From Hydrolagus affinis (taxonomy: Eukaryota), in the NCBI GenBank assembly GCA_012026655.1, contig JAAILG010000281.1, positions 1-64,000 on the forward strand: a DNA stretch of 64,000 nucleotides, written 5' to 3'. A program made the translations under genes and the position numbers. Under the pieces are notes generated by a model that was given only the letters and a program-made list of their open reading frames with translations, ran no database searches and was not told where the DNA came from. Positions 34,021 through 45,577 of this stretch are shown piece by piece (position 1 is the stretch's first letter; the number at the start of each line of letters is the position of its first letter).

Positions 34021-36568
34021 AATAACTTGACAAATAGATACCTCTTACAGAAAGAGTGGCAAACTAACTTTTTTTAAAAAACAACATGTGGCACATAACC
34101 TAGATTTTATATATAGTTAGCAGAAGCATCGCTAATGTATGCAGAATTTGTGAGAATTTATATTTTTTATTTAGCAAAAGGTAGTTGAACAGTTTTTGGT
34201 GTTCTGACTGGCAATGAACAGTATTGCAAATAACCTCTGGTAGAAGCACACATTTTTCCTTTAGGAAACATTCTGACACAGGAGTTCATTGTACTTTCCC
34301 ACTATTGTACTGGTTGAGATAAGCGAAGTCAATTTAGAAACATGCTCAATCTGGAAAATCCTGCTTCAGTGTAGTCATCAGTGTCTAATGCATTTAGGCA
34401 CTGATTCATTGGGGATTTAACTCTATTTCAACATTGAACTTGACAATAATGAGGGTGTTTAGCAGGGCTCACTGTCCTGCAGGTAGGGACTCCAAATTCA
34501 AGAGAGTCTACCATTGTGTCCACACTGCCTTGCTGCTCAGCTCAGGGAGCAAACATGGCTACTTTAAGGAAGCAAACAACACAAAACTGCCTCGTCCCTT
34601 TTAAGAAGGTTGTTCGTTAAGGAAACTGGTCAGCTGTTGAGAATGATTACTGAGCTGGTCACTTATTATTTAAGTTCATCTCATGCAGGTCAGGGGGGCA
34701 AATCAGGCAGGAAGTCAGTGAGAAGAGGTTTTTTTTTGCTAGCAGAACAAGAAGTCTGATGAGAACAAATAGGCTGATGATGGGAGAGAGCCAGCAACGC
34801 TGACCTCCTTGAAGGACTTTAAAACTGGGAACTAGCAAGTGTAGGCAACTGGAGTTCTTGTCATGCTAGGTTACAGTGGGAAGCATTTGAAAATTGCGTG
34901 GGGAATGTGAACATTCATAGGATACTTTGAACCTGTTAAGGTCATCTTTGTTTTCAGTGCTCTAAGTAATAATAGACAAATTTAGAAAGGGGTGAAAGAT
35001 GACTTGGGATAGAACTTTATTAGAAGAACGAGAAAAGGTCTTTAGAAGATTAAAATGCTGGGCCTTTTGTTAGTGGATGGAGTGTTGCCTTGCAGTGATC
35101 TTACCACATCTTCTGGAAAGCCAAGTTGGCAACTTCCATGAAACGCAAGTGGTTTTGGCAAAGTGCAATCTTTTAAGATGAAGTGCCATAAATATGCTCT
35201 GACTAAGTTGATTCAGTTTCAAATTATGTATAATCTTCCTCAGCAAATCAGATATTGTATTACTTTTTGCTGCACAGAATTTAAAAAGGTGGGGTCAGAT
35301 TCAGAAAAACAATTGAAGGAAAGTGTACTGTGAAGACTACTCAAATAATTTACAATTGTATCTTCATATTCAATAAATGTTGAAGTAATTTTATTTATAA
35401 TTTGTTTCATTTGCCTTTCATTAAATTGGCTGCTTATCAGGAAGGGTGGAAGAGGTAATGAACCTCATTTAAGAAACGGCTTGATGCTATAATGGGGGTG
35501 AGGTAGGGGGGGTATTCTGGAAGGATGAGAATAAATGAGCTAAATTGCCTTCTTCATCCAAACCTAATTTGTGATTGGATTTCAGGAGCAGTGAAGACTG
35601 TGCAAATGAGCTGGCAGATAAATAGAACAGAGTTGAGAGATGAAATATAAGTAACTGGAAAATGAGATAGCAACAACAATCTCATGATGGTGAAAGCGAT
35701 GGGAGAAAAGATGTTAAAAGGCCAGAATAAACAAACTAAACCAAATGGGGAAGCATGTTTTGTTAAACAGTAAAGAAAATGAGAACACAGTAATGAAAGT
35801 GTTGGAGCGCTAATGCAATATAGCAAAAACATGACATTGTCACTTATCTACAATCTTTTAAAATGTCCATCTTCTTCAGTTACAAACATTGAGTGCTCTC
35901 GACAATCGTATCTAAGCTTTTGCGACAAAAAGGCAGAAAACATTTGTGCAGGATTCAAATCCTCATGTAAGCTTATCCATGCTCTTCACCATCAGCAACT
36001 TTGATATACTCTAAAGCCTATATCTGGCCTGTGATGAAATTGTAGCTCTCTATAGCAGCTTGTAGAAGGAAAACAAACATTCTTTGTTTCTGGATGAAGT
36101 AAGTCCAGGCCATGTATCACATTCCATCATGTGCTGGCCCTTTCATTTGGGGAAATGGTGCTTGACATGAGGCGGTGTTAAACGGAAAAGAAAGTGCAGG
36201 AAAAGGAAGGCATAGAGCACAAGAAACAGAAAGGTAGACAAACATGCACAAGGGAGATCTGAAACTCGCTGGAAATTTGGTGTGGTCTTTTTATAATGGT
36301 GAAAACTTTGCAAAGCAATTCTCATTTTTGTAAATGTGTCAGCTCTGTGATTTTTAATTTGGAGGACAAGAAATAAAAGAGATCTCCATTTCAAAATCAA
36401 CAAATGCTTCCCATCTTGACGTAAGACAGCAAAGGTGCCAAGTTATCCCCAGAGCATCACGATCAGAGAAGAGACTCACAAAACTGAACTTGACTTAATT
36501 TGAGAAAGAAGATGAGGGGCTGCGTGAATAAGATAATCTCAATAATTGTAAATAATTAAAAATTTAAA

Positions 36569-36660
36569 AATAATAATCCTTACATTTGGTGTAATACCTC
36601 TCGCGTTAAGAGGATGTCTTGTAGTGTTTCATAGAATATACTTTCAAGTGTATTGACTAT
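36569..36660 (-). mobile_element. DeuSINE 3' tail, decayed
   Basis: AATAATAATCCTTACATTTG..GATGTCT..TTCATAGAATATACT..AAGTGTATTGACT. Confidence 0.65.
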
Positions 36661-39019
36661 TACAACAGATCTTTGAAACACTGAGAGAATTTGGTGTTGT
36701 ACGACAGGCGATTTGGACTGTCAGCAAACTAGGGAAGGGGGTTTAAAATGATCTATCTACAAGACAACAAAACTTTTTAAAGCAATATTTGATATGTAGA
36801 ACAGATGTCTAAGAGAAAATATTTGCTTTTTTTAACTTCGAGTTTTTACTCTGAGTTTTAGTTGTTAAGAAATATCTAAGGAATAAACCTTTTTATGATA
36901 CCTTTTTTTAAAAAAAATGAAAAAAAGTAAATCAATGCAACTGCAAATATTTAATCGGCATTTGGTGGTTAATCTTGCCAAATTTTCATTTCAAAAGCAC
37001 CCTGACAAGCACAAGGTAGCATCAAATTTGCAATGTGGAGTTTGTTTCATTTGCATGTAAACATTTAAATGCACATAAAGTATAATCAGAAAACCAAGGT
37101 CAGCTACACTCAACTATGTTGACACAATGCTGTTAGATTTGATGAGCTAATCCCAGGTAACATTTTGATTTCTGTCTGACAGAAAAACATTTACTTGCTG
37201 AAGGGACTAATCATTCTGGACGTAGATGGGCAGTGCAACTCATCAAAACACATTCAAATTATTCCTGTTCTATAGTTTATAATTGCGGTAAATTGACATA
37301 CTCTGGATAATTAGCCTTTGACAGTAGAACTTAAACTTCTTTGCTGGCGGTAAATGCATTTCTATCTTTCCAGAAAACCATAGTTACAAAAATAACGAGA
37401 TTGTAAGTAATTATTGTTAATTAAAACAAACTGCATTCCTGACAAAAATGCCTCAAAGATTAGTTCAAACATTTGACACTCTAATTTTTCTATAATTTTG
37501 TCTTACTTGTGCGTCATTAAAGTAATTAAACTTGACATTGTTTCTCTTTATGAAGCTCATTAGTGTTATGAGGTTTCAAATGTATCCACTTGAACATGTG
37601 TCCCGGGAGAATCAGAAAAGTTCTGTATCCTTTCTACCAATTCCATACAACCTTTGCTATTAGCTACGATGAGGACACTGCCTATAAAAACAGAACAATA
37701 AAGTATATTGTTTCAGGCATTTGTGTGTGTGCTTAACACAATTAGCATTGTTTTTCCTCTTGACATAGTTCAATGTAATTTTTGATCTGTGATGAGACTG
37801 AAGATGTATTTTACATGACTGAAAACAGCACTTTGCAATCATTGGAAGTTGTTGCACATGTTCACATAAATTTTATATGGGATAAATGCTTAAGTATGCT
37901 ACAGTACTTAATCACACTACATGAAAACATTCTGAATTTAATAACAAGTTTTGCTTTCCAATGCTGCTAGCAAATGGTGAATTGCAAATTAATAAAATTT
38001 CATGTTTTGTTTAAATTGCAATGAAGAGTTTAAGGAGCTAAAGGAGATTTGATGAATGCTACAACATATACCTATAATCTCTAATAAGGAAAGAGCGTTT
38101 TTTAAAAGTTTAAAATAGATTGATCAGTATTTGCAAATTGAAAACAGGAGCTGTTAAATCTATTGCTTGAGTGCATGTGTGCGGAATTTAAATGGACTTA
38201 AATTAAATATTTCTCTTAAATGAACTCAACCATACAATTGCATAGAAATTAAAGTGAATATAAAAACTATATTAAATAGAGTGTAATATTTATTATGCAT
38301 ATTTAAGAGGGACATATGGTCCAGTTTAGATTTGGATGATAGACATGTTAATCTAGTACAGTATATGACAATTGAATTGACACTACAGTATTTGTAAGAT
38401 GCACAAAGCGGATATAAGCTCCACTAATAATAGTGCAGTATCTGTTTACTGTTCAGATTACAGCATTAAACCTACCATTTACCCAGGACATGAAGCAGGA
38501 AACCAAATAAGTGAAGAGATTCCAATGTTAAGAAAGTGAATAAGAAGCTTTCTGGTGATGATGTGCTGATTCCCCAATGTACCATCAGTAAGTAATTAAA
38601 ATGTGTGGGGGCAAACTGAACATCAGCATGGGCTTGTTTATTCTCATTATTTTATAATTCTAAAAACCCTCTAGGTGATATGACAGAGCAGTATAGAACA
38701 TAATTCAGATTATTAGCATACTAATTGGACACAAATATAGGCCCACTACAAGGGATCCAACTGAATAATTTCATATCAACCTAATTCCATGATGAACGGT
38801 TCAATATTAATTGGGAAGAATCAAATTCATTATTAAATGTCACACTCTAGTTCCCCCCCATTCACCCCCCATTCAAACTAGAATCTTCTAATTTCATATT
38901 TTACAGAAGTTCAATGATATCTTACACGTTCAGTGATTTTAAGTCGTCCCTAAAACCCTTTTAAAGGATAAGTTCAGTATGTGTTATGTCAAACTCTGAG
39001 TGTATGACAAGCTATACAG

Positions 39020-39075
39020 TACAACTTACACTTCTATAGCATTTTTCACATTGCGGGGACGTCCCAAGGTACTTC
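39020..39075 (-). mobile_element. L2 3' tail, decayed
   Basis: TATAGCATTTTTCACATTGCGGGGACGTCCCAAGGTAC. Confidence 0.65.
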
Positions 39076-39202
39076 ACAATTCCAACTGGACACTATATTC
39101 CTTAATATAGCCTCTTGGGTCACTGGCACAAGTATTTTTGAGACTAAATGTTTCAATGCAAGTTATGTATTCAGTTGAGATGGAAAATATGGTATTTACA
39201 AA

Positions 39203-39856
39203 CATAATAATCCACGCGTTTGGTTCTAGTGCCTTATCACATTGAAGAGAAGTCTCAAATCGCTTCACCAGATTTTATTGTGAAATTTATTGACTATAAA
39301 TTTGTAGGCAAATGAATCGGACAGTTTTACACATGGCTATATCCTTCAAGCAGCCATGAAGTGATTTACTCATTTTTATTTGGGGGTTGTTGGCGAGGAC
39401 CAGGAGAAACTCCCTTCTCTTTTCAAGTAGTACCAAAGGGAACTTTAATGTCCACCTGAACATTAAGTGGAGTCGTTGTGGAGACCTTGTGGAATACTGT
39501 AGCCTAGAGGTTAGAGCACTCGCCTTACAAGCGTGAGACCTGTGTTCGAATCCAGGCAGGACGAAACCTTGGGCAAGTTTTCTTATTCCACACGTCTAAT
39601 AATCTCTCCAAAAAAATTGGTCATTTCAATCAACGATTATTTGTGGGACACAGCTGTGTGCAATTGGCTACTGCGTTTTGCCCACAAATATACAGTCAAT
39701 TCACTTTACAGCATATTCTATGAAGTGCTTTGAGACGTCTAGAAGATGTGAAAAAGCGCTATATCAAACGCAAGGATTATTATTATTATTTATCATAACA
39801 CGCAGACGGGACAGCGGTTTAAATTCTCATCGAAAAGGTGGCACCTCCAACAATAT
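39203..39856 (-). mobile_element. Older long DeuSINE split by a young SINE (pieces 39203-39463 and 39800-39856)
   Basis: ..GGGAACTTTAATGTCCACCTGAAC continues after the insertion as GCAGACGGGACAGCGGTTTAAATTCTCATCGAAAAGGTGGCACCTCC, a contiguous reversed Deu domain. Confidence 0.8.
39489..39790 (+). mobile_element. Young DeuSINE, full length, nested
   Basis: Head GTTAGAGCACTCGCCTTACAAGCG..GTTCGAATCCAGGCAGGAC, core and (ATT)n tail. Confidence 0.93.
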
Positions 39857-41538
39857 GATATCTTGTTGGTGAAACAACTTTGTTTACGAATGTGATATTT
39901 TCAAGCCCATTATTAGCAATCTCTTTACAATGGCTTACAGCATTTAATAAGTCAGCTTTTTATAGTGTTAATTATCACATTTTTAGAGAAATAAGAGCTT
40001 AATTGAGCTTTGACTTTGTACGCTGTTATTCTTAACTTTCTTAATCTTTTGTTAACGCAGCTTTAATTCAAGAAGGAAATGACTTTAAACTTTCGTCTTC
40101 GTAAAAACGCAGTTTCTTTTGGTAGGAATTGTACTTTCTTATTATGTAACATTTTTCGCGTGAATTATTTTAAAAGAAAATCTATTTCTGGCAATTCTTT
40201 AAACAACTGTTAAATGTGTGTCTTTATTTGCAAGCATCGATATGCTCATAACTGAGTGAAATGTCTTTTGTTTGAAGGTAAGCCAGAAAAAAAACTGAGT
40301 CTGGTTTGTCTTTGTACCTCTTCATAGAGCAGGTTTCCTATACTGACAGGATGTCCACTTTGTATTGTTTGGCTCAGTTCCAGTGTCCTTTATATAAAAG
40401 CAATCTCCTGATTTACATATCAAAGAAAAAAAAGAATAAAATGATTCTAATGGTCTCAGAGGAGAACCAAAAATATGAGAGTGCAGATATAATGCAGGCC
40501 CTTTAAACAAAGGACATTGTAGTGAGATGTATGAATATAAGCATTTATAAATAAGAAAACATCATTAATTGTTTCAAAAATGAACCAAATGGCATGTAAT
40601 AATGAACTACGTAATTTTTAAAAAGTTTTAATTTTCCAAAATGTACCACAGTACAATCGCTTTGATGAGGATCGAAACGTACATCAAATTCCTTGGAGAA
40701 AAGGTTCCTGTGATATGTGCTTTGAACTATGATCTGCTTAGAAATGTCTGACTTGTGATGAAGGCTATCCATTATTAAAGCTCAGCCATTTTGAGAGAAG
40801 ACCAATCTATTTCTAGCAGAAGCTTAACGCAGTGCTCGGCTTTGCTGGTTAAAAACATTGGGTGTGGGGTGTGGGGTGGGGGAGTGGTATGACAAAAAAC
40901 ATGAAACATTTACTTGAAAAACCAAAGACGTTAATGTAGTTTGACAACTTGTTGGTTTTTCATTTCCAGGGATCAAATGTTGTTGGTTATTTTTAATCAA
41001 GAACTTCTTGTCAGGAAATGCATTGCAAATTTCAAGATTCAATTAGTCAAAGACCATTCATTCTTATTAGTTCCAAACAATTTAAAAAAGATGTCTTGAG
41101 ATTATTGTGAAGAAAATGATGGAATGCATTTGCAGGCTTTGTTTCATGCAAATTGGTATAATTTTTATTTTCAACTGTTCAACCGTAACAATTTAAGGTT
41201 TAAATATCATCTGGTCTGTAGAACGAAAAAGTCGTTCCCTTTGCAGATTGTGCACAGACTATCATGGACTCAAACTAACTCAATCTGTCTCCTGAGGAAA
41301 GCTTTGACAAATTTCTTCCTGCCTCCCAAAAGTAATAGAACAAAATTTAACCTGACATAGTATTAACCGCTCTATCTTCAAGTCAAATTCTGGGTATACT
41401 CAATTAAAGTCCTTCTAACCTCACATCTTGAAATTTCAGACATTCTTGTTCTGTAGTTATGCGCTCCCATTTTCAAGTTGTATTATTTGCTTGCACCAAC
41501 ATTATCTGTTCTGCTGAGCATTGTAAAGATTTGGATCA

Positions 41539-41955
41539 TGGAGTCCTGTACCTCGTGGTGAGAGCACTCGCCTTGCAAGCAAGAGAACTGGGTTCATTTC
41601 CAAGAAGGGTAATACCTTGGGCAGGCTTCCTTACTCCACACACCTGATAATAATCTCTCAAAAAATATATAATAAATTGATCATCTCAATACACAACTGT
41701 TTGTGGGACATTGCTGTGCATAATTGGCTGCCACATTTTGCCCCAAAATATACAGTCAATTCACTTTACAGAATATTCTGTGAAATGCTTTGAGATGTCT
41801 AGAACAATAAGAACAACAATATTACATTTGTATAGCACCTTTCACGTTGGAAGGATATCCCAAAGGACTGGACAGTCAGTGTTTCAGACCCGATATGAAA
41901 ATATATTTTTTAGAAGACATGAAAAGCACTATATCACATGCAAGGACTATTATTA
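41539..41955 (+). mobile_element. Young DeuSINE, full length, with an antisense L2 tail (~41805-41910) inserted in its tail stem-loop
   Basis: Head GGAGTCCTGTACCTC..CTCGCCTTGCAAGC. Tail split as GAGATGTCTAGAA [insert] TAGAAGACATGAAAAGCAC, with TAGAA on both sides. Confidence 0.9.
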
Positions 41956-42639
41956 ATATATCCTCTCTGTCTTCCTTATGCCAAAGAAAACTATTTACCA
42001 AGTTCTGTGAGTCTCTCAGACCCCAGAGGCCTGGAATGATCCTAGTTCCTCCTCCTTTAAACCCTCTCTGATTCCATCAAATGTTTTAAAAACAGTGCTG
42101 AAAGATACACACAATACAGTACAGTATTCTTTAAATTCTCTACTTGACGAGAGTACTTCAATCCAATATGTTCTCTAATCCTAAACTGTCTAAATGACAA
42201 CTAAATAACAAAGCTAGTTTACTTGTTTTTTAGTACTTGCAGTTAGCATACAGTGATAGCTGCAGTAAGATGCAACATTTTTAATTTATGGATCTATTTT
42301 TGAGAAGATGTTCAAGAAATATCAGATTCTTTACAAAACAAACTATTGAAATTATACAATACTGTAATGAATGACTATGGGACATGTATTAAGAGTGGAA
42401 CATTTTTATTAGGCGGTGTGATAGACTGCACTCAGAGTAACATTGAAATTTGATTGCACTGCAAAGGCATTTTGTGGGCTATGTGTAAAGTGGGGAAAGT
42501 GGGGAGCGTTTGTATAAAAGTGAGTAGCTGGTTCTTTAAACAGGGAACATGTCGATTAGGAAAAGATGAAGGCCAGTCTTCATTGTTTTGCCCCCCTGAC
42601 TTTCATTTTAATGGTGAAAACAAATGTTTGGTTTGTAAA

Positions 42640-42742
42640 ATAAGAATAATCCTTGCATTTGATCTAGCGTCTTATTGCGTCTTTGGGATGTCTCAAAGCA
42701 CTTCATACAAGTATGTGGCAAAGTGAATTGACTGTAGATTTT
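42640..42742 (-). mobile_element. DeuSINE 3' tail
   Basis: AATAATCCTTGCATTTGATCTAGCG..GATGTCTCAAAGCACTTCA..AAAGTGAATTGACTGTA. Confidence 0.8.
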
Positions 42743-42745
42743 GAT

Positions 42746-42785
42746 ATAAATAAATAAGTAAATAAATAAATAAATACATACATAC
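42746..42785. repeat. (TAAA)n/(TACA)n microsatellite
   Basis: Seen directly. Confidence 0.9.
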
Positions 42786-42834
42786 GCACTGGTTTTGACA
42801 AAAGCTATCCAACGATTTCTCGATCTGAGTTCTA

Positions 42835-43065
42835 GGGTCTTGAGATCATGGGAAGGAATGATTCAGGATAACTAAATGGTCCATGTGTCCTGATTTTTGA
42901 AGCAATGAGAATGCATTGAAACAGGAGGAAAACATTTTGAGCTTGAGACAAAAAAAATGCAGAGGTGCAATCACCACAGTGCAGAGGAACTCCACTACAA
43001 TGCCCCCTGGAATGGCACTCGAGTCCCTTGGACCCACAAGAGCTAGTACTGGAGTCCATGGTTGT
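42835..43065 (-). mobile_element. Ancient non-LTR RT N-terminal fossil
   Basis: MDSSTSSCG / AIPGGIVVEF..IAPLHFFCLKLKMFSSCFNAFSLLQKSG / SYPESFLP parallels LD..KS.GPDGIP.R..KE...PL..IFN.SL..FPS.WK.A..P..KKG...NYRPISLLP. Confidence 0.4.
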
Positions 43066-43699
43066 GTCCTGCTCTTGTTCGAAGTGTCACTTTACAATGA
43101 AATGGACATCAACGGTGTTCTGAAACTCAGCCTTTTTCTCACACCTTGCTTATAAATTAGGCCTGTGAGCTATTGGACCCAAAAGAATTATAAAGTGATT
43201 CACCTACGATAGTATCAAGTGAATTTTGTGTTGATTTCTGAGAAATCCCAAGCAGAAATTAGTCAACCAGTTCACTCGGTGATTAGTTAGCACTGCTACA
43301 AATTAGGTTGTGTGATGAGTTAGCAGTTAGCTTAATACCCGTGAGAGCCACTTAAGATTTTAAGAAATAAACCATAAAATTGAGTGTATCCATGACTGGA
43401 TGAACTGTGCATTCAGGTACACATTTATGTGAAATGGTGAATTTCTTTAAGAGTAGATTGTTTAAGAGGAAACAAAGACGTGTCTGTAATGTGTTCATGC
43501 CATTCAACTAATTTGATATAGTGGAGAAGTATGGTTTGAGATAAGAAATGACAGCGTAAACTGTTGCACAAACATATGCAATAGTAAAAATTAATGCTTC
43601 TAAAAACTCATTTGTGGGTAAAGGCAGGTGAACCTTTGGTTTGAAGGTTTGAAAAGAATAGCATAGAAAACAATGTAAAATCAAGAAGTACATTAGTTC

Positions 43700-43860
43700 A
43701 CTTTGTGGTTATTTGTACGATATTGTTGTGCCCAAATTGGCTGCTGAGCTTTCATACAAACATATAGTCACTACACTTCACAGTAAAATCCTGTGAAGCA
43801 CTTTGAAATGTCCTCATCACATGAAGACACTATCTCAAGTGCAAATATTATTGTAATAAT
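43700..43860 (+). mobile_element. Older DeuSINE 3' half
   Basis: TGTGCCCAAATTGGCTGC..AGTCACTACACTTCACAGTAAAATCCTGTGAAGCACTTTGA. Confidence 0.75.
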
Positions 43861-44994
43861 ATAATAATTAATAGTAACTATAATATGTATTATTCATAAT
43901 TATGTTATGTATTATTATTAATAACATTCATTATTGTTATTATAAATCAATATGGAAGAATTGCACCCTTGGTACCTAAAAGTATTTTGCAGTGCTTAGC
44001 ATATTTCATCTTGATGAGCACAAAAATTCACAAGATGAAGTGTAGCAATAAGTAGCACAAAGATTGGCTTTCAAAGATAATCTTGGGCACCTGGGTGTAA
44101 TTACAAAGCATTAATCCAAACAACATCTAGATGACATCATAAACTGTTATATCAATCATCTGATCCCTGAGATTAAATTACAACATGGAAGTTAATTCCC
44201 TAGAACCTGTTATTATTTATCACAACAACTGTTTCAGTTTTGGGTGGTGAGGGATTAATGTTTGGGCAATTCTTGTGTTGGCACTGACTGTCAGCTCAAA
44301 CATAAACCTTCAGGGTATTGCTTGCCCTTGACTGTATAATAACATTCACATTGTAGAATTAATCTTGGTGCCATCAAAGCAGGTTTATTGACTTTAACTT
44401 GTCTTGATTACTATGAAATTCCACATCCGGCGCTTTAAAAGTCAGTGAGGAGATTGTTCTGGTTTATAAAAGACGCACTGTATCGTTGGATGGTGATCAT
44501 CAAAAAATAACACACACTTGTACATATTTGTATTCCCAAGGTTTGAAAGTTATATAAATAAAAATAATCCTTGCATTTGATACAGCGCTTTTCAAATCCC
44601 CATGAGCAAGACAAGCACCATACTTTTATTATTTTAGTTTTGTAGATCCAGTTTTAGGGCCGGGTTTTAGAAGTGGACACAGTTAGAAAAGTTAGAAAAC
44701 CTTTTTCATAACAAAACTCACCAGTAATATAAGAATGCCACAAAGTCAGAACAGGAATTATAGCTCTTTGTGACGAGTTAGAAAGCAGCTATTTTTCTAA
44801 AGATTTTAAAGGCTGATATTTTGAAGGAAGTTTTTTATGTTTCAGATGATCATAGAGCCATGATTCAGAATTTCCTGACAATTTTGCCATTTTCACTGAT
44901 ATTCTGAAATCTTCATTTTCTTCACTTACATCAGCATAAAGAGCAATTTAGTAACAACTCTATCACTAACAGACTGATCTACCTACAATAAGTT

Positions 44995-45142
44995 ATGGCT
45001 GATTGTGGGACATTGCTATACACAAATTGCCTGCCTTGTTCACCCTTAAAATGCACAGTCACACTACAACATATCTTGAAGCGCTTTGAGGCATTTCATT
45101 GATGTGAGGAGGTGTATATCAAATACAAGGATTATTGTTATT
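44995..45142 (+). mobile_element. DeuSINE 3' half
   Basis: TTGTGGGACATTGCT..CAAATTGCCTGCC..GAAGCGCTTTGAG..TATATCAAATACAAGGATTATT. Confidence 0.75.
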
Positions 45143-45160
45143 TTTAATCCACAAGTAAAT

Positions 45161-45577
45161 ATTTGAAACCTTGCCCAGAATATATATTTGAAGTACAGTA
45201 CAATATCAGAGTATTGGGATTTAAACTGAGTTAGCCCAATGCAGGGTTCAATAGATTATTTGGGGAAGTTTGCAAGGCTATGTGAGAGCGGGGGAGTGGG
45301 GTTTGAATTGCGCTTTACAAAGAGCCGGCACAGATACGATGGGCTGAATGGCCTCCTTCTGTGCTGTATAATTCTATGATTTTATGATCTGATCTCTTGT
45401 GAACCAATTTACGTCGAACACACATTTCTATTCTCATGTTGACTTTCCTAGGAAAACACTGCCAAAATATTTTAGGCCGGTGTAAAACCAATTTGGAATC
45501 TCGCCCAGAATATATATTGGAAGTGTAACATCAAAGTAGCAAGATTTATATTGAGTTAGCCCAATGCATGGTTCAAT
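45161..45577 (+). repeat. Degenerate ~90-bp direct repeat (45161-45252 and 45491-45577)
   Basis: GCCCAGAATATATATT(T/G)GAAGT..TGAGTTAGCCCAATGCA(G/T)GGTTCAAT in both copies. Confidence 0.8.
45258..45388 (+). mobile_element. CR1 LINE 3' end
   Basis: AAAGAGCCGGCACAGATACGATGGGCTGAATGGCCTCCTTCTGTGCTGTATAATTCTATGATTTTATGA, a shark-type CR1 tail with an octamer repeat. Confidence 0.85.

Noticed and set aside
34690-35780. Possible CR1-like relics (also 18660-18740 and 20920-21020)
   Set aside because: Only a few scattered residues resemble CR1 ORF2, too weak to call by eye.
40655-40690. Hammerhead-like TTGATGAG-GATC-GAAAC-GTAC-ATC resembling minimal Penelope hammerhead ribozymes
   Set aside because: The core C is replaced by T, the GUC cleavage triplet is altered, and no stem I forms. 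At best a dead relic, more likely chance.
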